Positions 1 through 11,600 of a DNA stretch of 64,000 bases are shown in pieces. Position 1 is the first letter of the stretch, and every line of letters begins with the position of its first letter. A program made the translations under genes and the position numbers. This DNA comes from the human T2T-CHM13v2.0 reference genome, Homo sapiens. The stretch lies in the NCBI RefSeq assembly GCF_009914755.1, contig NC_060932.1; one strand, written 5' to 3'. A model generated the notes under the pieces. That model searched no databases, had not been told where the DNA came from, and was given only the letters and a program-made list of their open reading frames with translations.

Positions 1-145
1 CCATAAAAACGACATAGAAGCTATCTCAGGAACTTGTTTATGATGCATCTAATCAACTAACAGTGTTGAACCTTTGTACTGACAGAGCAGTTTGAAACAC
101 TCTTTTTTTGGAATCTGCAAGTGGATATTTGGATCGCTTTGAGGA

Positions 146-162
146 TTTCGTTGGAAACGGGA
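146..162 (+). promoter_or_regulatory. CENP-B box in m1 (representative; recurs in every unit)
   Basis: TTTCGTTGGAAACGGGA matches the core NTTCGNNNNANNCGGGN. Confidence 0.96.
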
Positions 163-312
163 TGCAATATAAAACGTACACAGCAGCATACTCAGAAAAT
201 ACTTTGCCATATTTCCATTCAAGTCACAGAGTGGAACATTCCCATTCATAGAGCAGGTTGGAAACACTCTTTTTGGAGTATCTGGAAGTGGACATTTGGA
301 GCGCTTTCTGAA

Positions 313-329
313 CTATGGTGAAAAAGGAA
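313..329 (+). promoter_or_regulatory. pJalpha-type box of A-type monomer m2 (representative)
   Basis: CTATGGTGAAAAAGGAA lies at the monomer position equivalent to the CENP-B box. Confidence 0.8.
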
Positions 330-483
330 ATATCTTCCAATGAAAACAAGACAGAAGCATTCTGAGAAACTTATTTGTGATGTGTGTCCTCAACAAACGG
401 ACTTGAACCTTTCGTTTCATGCAGTACTTCTGGAACACTCTTTTTGAAGATTCTGCATGCGGATATTTGGATAGCTTTGAGGA

Positions 484-500
484 TTTCGTTGGAAACGGGC
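484..500 (+). promoter_or_regulatory. CENP-B box in m3 (core intact, terminal C)
   Basis: TTTCGTTGGAAACGGGC keeps all nine core positions. Confidence 0.92.
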
Positions 501-821
501 TTACATGTAAAAATTAGACAGCAGCATTCTCAGAAACTTCTTTGTGGTGTCTGCATTCAAGTCACAGAATTGAACTTCCCCTCACATAGAGCAGTTGTGC
601 AGCACTATATTTGTAGTATCTGGAAGTGGACATTTGGAGGGCTTTGTAGCCTATCTGGAAAAAGGAAATATCTTCCCATGAATGCGAGATAGAAGTAATC
701 TCAGAAACATGTTTATGCTGTATCTACTCAACTAACTGTGCTGAACATTTCTATTGATAGAGCAGTTTTGAGACCCTCTTCTTTTGGAATCTGCAAGTGG
801 ATATTTGGATAGATTTGAGGA

Positions 822-838
822 TTTCGTTGGAAACGGGA
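822..838 (+). promoter_or_regulatory. CENP-B box in m5
   Basis: TTTCGTTGGAAACGGGA. Confidence 0.96.
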
Positions 839-1159
839 TTATATATAAAAAGTAGACAGCAGCATTCTCAGAAACTTCTTTGTGATGTTTGCATCCAGCT
901 CTCAGAGTTGAACATTCCCTTTCATAGAGTAGGTTTGAAACCCTCTTTTTATAGTGTCTGGAAGCGGGCATTTGGAGCGCTTTCAGGCCTATGCTGAAAA
1001 AGGAAATATCTACATATAGAAACTAGACAGAAGCATTCTGAGAATCAAGTTTGTGATGTGGGTACTCAACTAACAGTGTTGATCCATTCTTTTGATACAG
1101 CAGTTTTGAACCACACTTTTTGTAGAATCTGCAAGTGGATATTTGGATAGCTGTGAGGA

Positions 1160-1176
1160 TTTCGTTGGAAACGGGA
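1160..1176 (+). promoter_or_regulatory. CENP-B box in m7
   Basis: TTTCGTTGGAAACGGGA. Confidence 0.96.
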
Positions 1177-1330
1177 ATGTCTTCATAGAAAATTTAGACA
1201 GAAGCATTCTCAGAACCTTGATTGTGATGTGTGTTCTCCACTAACAGAGTTGAACCTTTCTTTTGACAGAACTGTTCTGAAACATTCTTTTTATAGAATC
1301 TGGAAGTGGATATTTGGAAAGCTTTGAGGA

Positions 1331-1347
1331 TTTCGTTGGAAACGGGA
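1331..1347 (+). promoter_or_regulatory. CENP-B box in m8, only 171 bp after the m7 box
   Basis: TTTCGTTGGAAACGGGA; two consecutive B-type monomers. Confidence 0.95.
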
Positions 1348-1672
1348 ATATCTTCAAATAAAATCTAGCCAGAAGCATTCTAAGAAACATCTTAGGGATG
1401 TTTACATTCAAGTCACAGAGTTGAACATTCCCTTTCACAGAGCAGGTTTGAAACAATCTTCTCGTACTATCTGGCAGTGGACATTTTGAGCTCTTTGGGG
1501 CCTATGCTGAAAAAGGAAATATCTTCCGACAAAAACTAGTCAGAAGCATTCGCAGAATCACGTTTGTGATGTGTGCACTCAACTGTCAGAAGTGAACCTT
1601 GGTTTGGAGAGAGCACTTTTGAAACACACTTTTTGTAGAATCTGCAGGTGGATATTTGGCTAGCTTTGAGGA

Positions 1673-1689
1673 TTTCGTTGGAAACGGTA
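1673..1689 (+). promoter_or_regulatory. Degenerate CENP-B box in m10 (CGGG to CGGT), predicted non-binding
   Basis: TTTCGTTGGAAACGGTA, seen in every m10 copy I read. Confidence 0.88.
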
Positions 1690-3082
1690 ATGTCTTCAAA
1701 GAAAATCTAGACAGAAGCATTCTCAGAAACACCTTCGTGATGTTTGCAATCAAGTCACAGAGTTGAACCTTCCGTTTCATAGAGCAGGTTGGAAACACAC
1801 TTTTTGTAGTATCTGGAAGTGGACATTTGGAGGGCTTTGTAGCCTATCTGGAAAAAGGAAATATCTTCCCATGAATGCGAGATAGATGTAATCTCAGAAA
1901 CATGTTTATGCTGTATCTACTCAACTAACTGTGCTGAACATTTCTATTGATAGAGCAGTTTTGAGACACTCTTCTTTTGGAATCTGCAAGTGGATATTTG
2001 GATAGATTTGAGGATTTCGTTGGAAACGGGATTATATATAAAAAGTAGACAGCAGCATTCTCAGAAACTTCTTTGTGATGTTTGCATCCAGCTCTCAGAG
2101 TTGAACATTCCCTTTCATAGAGTAGGTTTGAAACCCTCTTTTTATAGTGTCTAGAAGCGGGCATTTGGAGCGCTTACAGGCCTATTCTTAAAATAGGAAA
2201 TATCCACCTACAGAAACTAGACAGAAGCATTCTGAGAATCACGTTTGTGATGTGGGTACTCAACTAACAGTGTTGATCCATTCTTTTGATACAGCAGTTT
2301 TGAACCACACTTTTTGTAGAATCTGCAAGTGGATATTTGGATAGCTGTGAGGATTTCGTTGGAAACGGGAATGTCTTCATAGAAAATTTAGACAGAAGCA
2401 TTCTCAGAACCTTGATTGTGATGTGTGTTCTCCACTAACAGAGTTGAACCTTTCTTTTGACAGAACTGTTCTGAAACATTCTTTTTATAGAATCTGAAAG
2501 TGGATATTTGGAAAGCTTTGAGGATTTCGTTGGAAACGGGAATATCTTCAAATCAAATCTAGCCAGAAGCATTCTAAGAAACATCTTAGGGATGTTTACA
2601 TTCAAGTCACAGAGTTGAACATTCCCTTTCACAGAGCAGGTTTGAAACAATCTTCTCGTACTATCTGGCAGTGGACATTTTGAGCTCCTTGGGGCCTATG
2701 CTGAAAAAGGAAATATCTTCCGACAAAAACTAGACAGAAGCATTCGCAGAATCACGTTTGTGATGTGTGCACTCAACTGTCAGAATTGAACCTTGGTTTG
2801 GACAGAGCACTTTTGAAACACTCTTTTTGTAGAATCTGCAGGTGGATATTTGGCTAGCTTTGAGGATTTCGTTGGAAACGGTAATGTCTTCAAAGAAAAT
2901 CTAGACAGAAGCATTCTCAGAAACACCTTCGTGATGTTTGCAATCAAGTCACAGAGTTGAACCTTCCGTTTCATAGAGCAGGTTGGAAACACTCTTTTTG
3001 TAGTATCTGGAAGTGGACATTTGGAGCACTTTCAGGCCTATGGTGAAAAAGGAAATATCTTCCCATAAAAACGACATAGAAG

Positions 3083-5631
3083 CTATCTCAGGAACTTGTT
3101 TATGATGCATCTAATCAACTAACAGTGTTGAACCTTTGTACTGACAGAGCAGTTTGAAACACTCTTTTTTTGGAATCTGCAAGTGGATATTTGGATCGCT
3201 TTGAGGATTTCGTTGGAAACGGGATGCAATATAAAACGTACACAGCAGCATACTCAGAAAATACTTTGCCATATTTCCATTCAAGTCACAGAGTGGAACA
3301 TTCCCATTCATAGAGCAGGTTTGAAACACTCTTTTTGGAGTATCTGGAAGTGGACATTTGGAGCGCTTTCTGAACTATGGTGAAAAAGGAAATAACTTCC
3401 AATGAAAACAAGACAGAAGCATTCTGAGAAACTTATTTGTGATGTGTGTCCTCAACAAACGGACTTGAACCTTTCGTTTCATGCAGTACTTCTGGAACAC
3501 TCTTTTTGAAGATTCTGCATGCGGATATTTGGATAGCTTTGAGGATTTCGTTGGAAACGGGCTTACATGTAAAAATTAGACAGCAGCATTCTCAGAAACT
3601 TCTTTGTGGTGTCTGCATTCAAGTCACAGAATTGAACTTCCCCTCACATAGAGCAGTTGTGCAGCACTCTATTTGTAGTATCTGGAAGTGGACATTTGGA
3701 GGGCTTTGTAGCCTATCTGGAAAAAGGAAATATCTTCCCATGAATGCGAGATAGAAGTAATCTCAGAAACATGTTTATGCTGTATCTACTCAACTAACTG
3801 TGCTGAACATTTCTATTGATAGAGCAGTTTTGAGACACTCTTCCTTTGGAATCTGCAAGTGGATATTTGGATAGATTTGAGGATTTCGTTGGAAACGGGA
3901 TGATATATAAAAAGTAGACAGCAGCATTCTCAGAAACTTCTTTGTGATGTTTGCATCCAGCTCTCAGAGTTGAACATTCCCTTTCATAGAGTAGGTTTGA
4001 AACCCTCTTTTTATAGTGTCTGGAAGCGGGCATTTGGAGCGCTTTCAGGCCTATGCTGAAAAAGGAAATATCTACCTATAGAAACTAGACAGAAGCATTC
4101 TGAGAATCACGTTTGTGATGTGGGTACTCAACTAACAGTGTTGATCCATTCTTTTGATACAGCAGTTTTGAACCACACTTTTTGTAGAATCTGCAAGTGG
4201 ATATTTGGATAGCTGTGAGGATTTCGTTGGAAACGGGAATGTCTTCATAGAAAATTTAGACAGAAGCATTCTCAGAACCTTGATTGTGATGTGTGTTCTC
4301 CACTAACAGAGTTGAACCTTTCTTTAGACAGAACTGTTCTGAAACATTCTTTTTATAGAATCTGGAAGTGGATATTTGGAAAGCTTTGAGGATTTCGTTG
4401 GAAACGGGAATATCTTCAAATCAAATCTAGCCAGAAGCATTCTAAGAAACATCTTAGGGATGTTTACATTCAAGTCACAGAGTTGAACATTCCCTTTCAC
4501 AGAGCAGGTTTGAAACAATCTTCTCGTACTATTTGGCAGTGGACATTTTGAGCTCCTTGGGGCCTATGCTGAAAAAGGAAATATCTTCCGACAAAAACTA
4601 GACAGAAGCATTCGCAGAATCACGTTTGTGATGTGTGCACTCAACTGTCAGAATTGAACCTTGGTTTGGACAGAGCACTTTTGAAACACTCTTTTTGTAG
4701 AATCTGCAGGTGGATATTTGGCTAGCTTTGAGGATTTCGTTGGAAACGGTAATGTCTTCAAAGAAAATCTAGACAGAAGCATTCTCAGAAACACCTTCGT
4801 GATGTTTGCAATCAAGTCACAGAGTTGAACCTTCCGTTTCATAGAGCAGGTTGGAAACACTCTTTTTGTAGTATCTGGAAGTGGACATTTGGAGGGCTTT
4901 GTAGCCTATGTGGAAAAAGGAAATATCTTCCCATGAATGCGAGATAGAAGTAATCTCAGAAACATGTTTATGCTGTATCTACTCAACTAACTGTGCTGAA
5001 CATTTCTATTGATAGAGCAGTTTTGAGACACTCTTCTTTTGGAATCTGCAAGTGGATATTTGGAGAGATTTGAGGATTTCGTTGGAAATGGGATTATATA
5101 TAAAAAGTAGACAGCAGCATTCTCAGAAACTTCTTTGTGATGTTTGCATCCAGCTCTCAGAGTTGAACATTCCCTTTCATAGAGTAGGTTTGAAACCCTC
5201 TTTTTATAGTGTCTGGAAGCGGGCATTTGGAGCGCTTTCAGACCTATGCTTAAAATAGGAAATATCTACCTACAGAAACTAGACAGAAGCATTCTGAGAA
5301 TCTCGTTTGTGATGTGGGTACTCAACTAACAGTGTTGATCCATTCTTTTGATACAGCAGTTTTGAACCACACTTTTTGTAGAATCTGCAAGAGGATATTT
5401 GGATAGCTGTGAGGATTTCGTTGGAAACGGGAATGTCTTCAAAGAAAATCTAGACAGAAGCATTCTCAGAAACACCTTCGTGATGTTTGCAATCAAGTCA
5501 CAGAGTTGAACCTTCCGTTTCATAGAGCAGGTTGGAAACACTCTTATTGTAGTATCTGGAAGTGGACATTTGGAGCGCTTTCAGGCCTATGGTGAAAAAG
5601 GAAATATCTTCCCATAAAAACGACATAGAAG
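3083..5631 (+). repeat. 15-mer HOR variant (head + 7-mer + 4-mer), 2549 bp
   Basis: Marker ORF spacing 3446 to 5995 = 2549 = 675+1193+681. Confidence 0.93.
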
Positions 5632-8600
5632 CTATCTCAGGAACTTGTTTATGATGCATCTAATCAACTAACAGTGTTGAACCTTTGTACTGACAGAGCA
5701 CTTTGAAACACTCTTTTTTTGGAATCTGCAAGTGGATATTTGGATCGCTTTGAGGATTTCGTTGGAAACGGGATGCAATATAAAACGTACACAGCAGCAT
5801 ACTCAGAAAATACTTTGCCATATTTCCATTCAAGTCACAGAGTGGAACATTCCCATTCATAGAGCAGGTTGGAAACACTCTTTTTGGAGTATCTGGAAGT
5901 GGACATTTGGAGCGCTTTCTGAACTATGGTGAAAAAGGAAATATCTTCCAATGAAAACAAGACAGAAGCATTCTGAGAAACTTATTTGTGATGTGTGTCC
6001 TCAACAAACGGACTTGAACCTTTCGTTTCATGCAGTACTTCTGGAACACTCTTTTTGAAGATTCTGCATGCGGATATTTGGATAGCTTTGAGGATTTCGT
6101 TGGAAACGGGCTTACATGTAAAAATTAGACAGCAGCATTCTCAGAAACTTCTTTGTGGTGTCTGCATTCAAGTCACAGAATTGAACTTCCCCTCACACAG
6201 AGCAGTTGTGCAGCACTCTATTTGTAGTATCTGGAAGTGGACATTTGGAGGGCTTTGTAGCCTATCTGGAAAAAGGAAATATCTTCCCATGAATGCGAGA
6301 TAGAAGTAATCTCAGAAACATGTTTATGCTGTATCTACTCAACTAACTGTGCTGAACATTTCTATTGATAGAGCAGTTTTGAGACCCTCTTCTTTTGGAA
6401 TCTGCAAGTGGATATTTGGATAGATTTGAGGATTTCGTTGGAAACGGGATTATATATAAAAAGTAGACAGCAGCATTCTCAGAAACTTCTTTGTGATGTT
6501 TGCATCCAGCTCTCAGAGTTGAACATTCCCTTTCATAGAGTAGGTTTGAAACCCTCTTTTTATAGTGTCTGGAAGCGGGCATTTGGAGCGCTTTCAGGCC
6601 TATGCTGAAAAAGGAGATATCTACCTATAGAAACTAGACAGAAGCATTCTGAGAATCACGTTTGTGATGTGGGTACTCAACTAACAGTGTTGATCCATTC
6701 TTTTGATACAGCAGTTTTGAACCACACTTTTTGTAGAATCTGCAAGTGGATATTTGGATAGCTGTGAGGATTTCGTTGGAAACGGGAATGTCTTCATAGA
6801 AAATTTAGAGAGAAGCATTCTCAGAACCTTGATTGTGATGTGTGTTCTCCACTAACAGAGTTGAACCTTTCTTTTGACAGAACTGTTCTGAAACATTCTT
6901 TTTATAGAATCTGGAAGTGGATATTTGGAAAGCTTTGAGGATTTCGTTGGAAACGGGAATATCTTCAAATAAAATCTAGCCAGAAGCATTCTAAGAAACA
7001 TCTTAGGGATGTTTACATTCAAGTCACAGAGTTGAACATTCCCTTTCACAGAGCAGGTTTGAAACAATCTTCTCGTACTATCTGGCAGTGGACATTTTGA
7101 GCTCTTTGGGGCCTATGCTGAAAAAGGAAATATCTTCCGACAAAAACTAGACAGAAGCATTCGCAGAATCACGTTTGTGATGTGTGCACTCAACTGTCAG
7201 AATTGAACCTTGGTTTGGAGAGAGCACTTTTGAAACACTCTTTTTGTAGAATCTGCAGGTGGATATTTGGCTAGCTTTGAGGATTTCGTTGGAAACGGTA
7301 ATGTCTTCAAAGAAAATCTAGACAGAAGCATTCTCAGAAACACCTTCGTGATGTTTGCAATCAAGTCACAGAGTTGAACCTTCCGTTTCATAGAGCAGGT
7401 TGGAAACACACTTTTTGTAGTATCTGGAAGTGGACATTTGGAGGGCTTTGTAGCCTATCTGGAAAAAGGAAATATCTTCCCATGAATGCGAGATAGAAGT
7501 AATCTGAGAAACATGTTTATGCTGTATCTACTCAACTAACTGTGCTGAACATTTCTATTGATAGAGCAGTTTTGAGACACTCTTCTTTTGGAATCTGCAA
7601 GTGGATATTTGGATAGATTTGAGGATTTCGTTGGAAACGGGATTATATATAAAAAGTAGACAGCAGCATTCTCAGAAACTTCTTTGTGATGTTTGCATCC
7701 AGCTCCCAGAGTTGAACATTCCCTTTCATAGAGTAGGTTTGAAACCCTCTTTTTATAGTGTCTGGAAGCGGGCATTTGGAGCGCTTTCAGGCCTATGCTG
7801 AAAACGGAAATATCTACCTATAGAAACTAGACAGAAGCATTCTGAGAATCACGTTTGTGATGTGGGTACTCAACTAACAGTGTTGATCCATTCTTTTGAT
7901 ACAGCAGTTTTGAACCACACTTTTTGTAGAATCTGCAAGTGGATATTTGGATAGCTGTGAGGATTTCGTTGGAAACGGGAATGTCTTCATAGAAAATTTA
8001 GACAGAAGCATTCTCAGAACCTTGATTGTGATGTGTGCTCTCCACTAACAGAGTTGAACCTTTCTTTTGACAGAACTGTTCTGAAACATTCTTTTTATAG
8101 AATCTGGAAGTGGATATTTGGAAAGCTTTGAGGATTTCGTTGGAAACGGGAATATCTTCAAATCAAATCTAGCCAGAAGCATTCTAAGAAACAGCTTAGG
8201 GATGTTTACATTCAAGTCACAGAGTTGAACATTCCCTTTCACAGAGCAGGTTTGAAACAATCTTCTCGTACTATCTGGCAGTGGACATTTTGAGCTCTTT
8301 GGGGCCTATGCTGAAAAAGGAAATATCTTCCGACAAAAACTAGACAGAAGCATTCGCAGAATCACGTTTGTGATGTGTGCACTCAACTGTCAGAATTGAA
8401 CCTTGGTTTGGACAGAGCACTTTTGAAACACTCTTTTTGTAGAATCTGCAGGTGGATATTTGGCTAGCTTTGAGGATTTCGTTGGAAACGGTAATGTCTT
8501 CAAAGAAAATCTAGACAGAAGCATTCTCAGAAACAACTTCGTGATGTTTGCAATCAAGTCACAGAGTTGAACCTTCCGTTTCATAGAGCAGGTTGGAAAC

Positions 8601-11600
8601 ACACTTTTTGTAGTATCTGGAAGTGGACATTTGGAGGGCTTTGTAGCCTATCTGGAAAAAGGAAATATCTTCCCATGAATGCGAGGTAGAAGTAATCTCA
8701 GAAACATGTTTATGCTGTATCTACTCAACTAACTGTGCTGAACATTTCTATTGATAGAGCAGTTTTGAGACACTCTTCTTTTGGAATCTGCAAGTGGATA
8801 TTTGGATAGATTTGAGGATTTCGTTGGAAACGGGATTATATATAAAAAGTAGACAGCAGCATTCTCAGAAACTTCTTTGTGATGTTTGCATCCAGCTCTC
8901 AGAGTTGAACATTCCCTTTCATAGAGTAGGTTTGAAACCCTCTTTTTATAGTGTCTGGAAGCGGGCATTTGGAGCGCTTTCAGGCCTATGCTTAAAATAG
9001 GAAATATCTACCTACAGAAACTAGACAGAAGCATTCTGAGAATCACGTTTGTGATGTGGGTACTCAACTAACAGTGTTGATCCATTCTTTTGATACAGCA
9101 GTTTTGAACCACACTTTTTGTAGAATCTGCAAGAGGATATTTGGATAGCTGTGAGGATTTCGTTGGAAACGGGAATGTCTTCAAAGAAAATCTAGACAGA
9201 AGCATTCTCAGAAACACCTTCGTGATGTTTGCAATCAAGTCACAGAGTTGAACCTTCCGTTTCATAGAGCAGGTTGGAAACACTCTTATTGTAGTATCTG
9301 GAAGTGGACATTTGGAGCGCTTTCAGGCCTATGGTGAAAAAGGAAATATCTTCCCATCAAAACGACATAGAAGCTATCTCAGGAACTTGTTTATGATGCA
9401 TCTAATCAACTAACAGTGTTGAACCTTTGTACTGACAGAGCACTTTGAAACACTCTTTTTTTGGAATCTGCAAGTGGATATTTGGATCGCTTTGAGGATT
9501 TCGTTGGAAACGGGATGCAATATAAAACGTACACAGCAGCATACTCAGAAAATACTTTGCCATATTTCCATTCAAGTCACAGAGTGGAACATTCCCATTC
9601 ATAGAGCAGGTTGGAAACACTCTTTTTGGAGTATCTGGAAGTGGACATTTGGAGCGCTTTCTGAACTATGGTGAAAAAGGAAATATCTTCCAATGAAAAC
9701 AAGACAGAAGCATTCTGAGAAACTTATTTGTGATGTGTGTCCTCAACAAACGGACTTGAACCTTTCGTTTCATGCAGTACTTCTGGAACACTCTTTTTGA
9801 AGATTCTGCATGCGGATATTTGGATAGCTTTGAGGATTTCGTTGGAAACGGGCTTACATGTAAAAATTAGACAGCAGCATTCTCAGAAACTTCTTTGTGG
9901 TGTCTGCATTCAAGTCACAGAATTGAACTTCCCCTCACATAGAGCAGTTGTGCAGCACTCTATTTGTAGTATCTGGAAGTGGACATTTGGAGGGCTTTGT
10001 AGCCTATCTGGAAAAAGGAAATATCTTCCCATGAATGCGAGATAGAAGTAATCTCAGAAACATGTTTATGCTGTATCTACTCAACTAACTGTGCTGAACA
10101 TTTCTATTGATAGAGCAGTTTTGAGACCCTCTTCTTTTGGAATCTGCAAGTGGATATTTGGATAGATTTGAGGATTTCGTTGGAAACGGGATTATATATC
10201 AAAAGTAGACAGCAGCATTCTCAGAAACTTCTTTGTGATGTTTGCATCCAGCTCTCAGAGTTGAACATTCCCTTTCATAGAGTAGGTTTGAAACCCTCTT
10301 TTTATAGTGTCTGGAAGCGGGCATTTGGAGCGCTTTCAGGCCTATGCTGAAAAAGGAGATATCTACCTATAGAAACTAGACAGAAGCATTCTGAGAATCA
10401 CGTTTGTGATGTGGGTACTCAACTAACAGTGTTGATCCATTCTTTTGATACAGCAGTTTTGAACCACACTTTTTGTAGAATCTGCAAGTGGATATTTGGA
10501 TAGCTGTGAGGATTTCGTTGGAAACGGGAATGTCTTCATAGAAAATTTAGAGAGAAGCATTCTCAGAACCTTGATTGTGATGTGTGTTCTCCACTAACAG
10601 AGTTGAACCTTTCTTTTGACAGAACTGTTCTGAAACATTCTTTTTATAGAATCTGGAAGTGGATATTTGGAAAGCTTTGAGGATTTCGTTGGAAACGGGA
10701 ATATCTTCAAATAAAATCTAGCCAGAAGCATTCTAAGAAACATCTTAGGGATGTTTACATTCAAGTCACAGAGTTGAACATTCCCTTTCACAGAGCAGGT
10801 TTGAAACAATCTTCTCGTACTATCTGGCAGTGGACATTTTGAGCTCTTTGGGGCCTATGCTGAAAAAGGAAATATCTTCCGACAAAAACTAGACAGAAGC
10901 ATTCGCAGAATCACGTTTGTGATGTGTGCACTCAACTGTCAGAATTGAACCTTGGTTTGGAGAGAGCACTTTTGAAACACTCTTTTTGTAGAATCTGCAG
11001 GTGGATATTTGGCTAGCTTTGAGGATTTCGTTGGAAACGGTAATGTCTTCAAAGAAAATCTAGACAGAAGCATTCTCAGAAACACCTTCGTGATGTTTGC
11101 AATCAAGTCACAGAGTTGAACCTTCCGTTTCATAGAGCAGGTTGGAAACACACTTTTTGTAGTATCTGGAAGTGGACATTTGGAGGGCTTTGTAGCCTAT
11201 CTGGAAAAAGGAAATATCTTCCCATGAATGCGAGATAGAAGTAATCTCAGAAACATGTTTATGCTGTATCTACTCAACTAACTGTGCTGAACATTTCTAT
11301 TGATAGAGCAGTTTTGAGACACTCTTCTTTTGGAATCTGCAAGTGGATATTTGGATAGATTTGAGGATTTCGTTGGAAACGGTATTATATATAAAAAGTA
11401 GACAGCAGCATTCTCAGAAACTTCTTTGTGATGTTTGCATCCAGCTCCCAGAGTTGAACATTCCCTTTCATAGAGTAGGTTTGAAACCCTCTTTTTATAG
11501 TGTCTGGAAGCGGGCATTTGGAGCGCTTTCAGGCCTATGCTGAAAAAGGAAATATCTACCTATAGAAACTAGACAGAAGCATTCTGAGAATCACGTTTGT

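Larger units (their letters stand above)
21..3082 (+). repeat. 18-mer HOR variant (head m1-4 + 7-mer + 7-mer), 3062 bp
   Basis: m1 marker CTATCTCAGGAAC at 21 and 3083; m5 restarts at 696 and 1889. One bp longer than the other 18-mer because of an m6' allele near 2190. Confidence 0.93.

Noticed and set aside
141-162. CRISPR-like regularly spaced conserved ~22-bp motif (GAGGATTTCGTTGGAAACGG)
   Set aside because: It is the CENP-B box region. The intervening sequences are homologous monomers of 150-320 bp rather than unique spacers, and there are no cas genes.
839-850. TATATATAAAA as a TATA-box promoter
   Set aside because: It is part of monomer m5, repeated dozens of times, with no downstream gene structure. 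Sequence alone gives no evidence of promoter activity.
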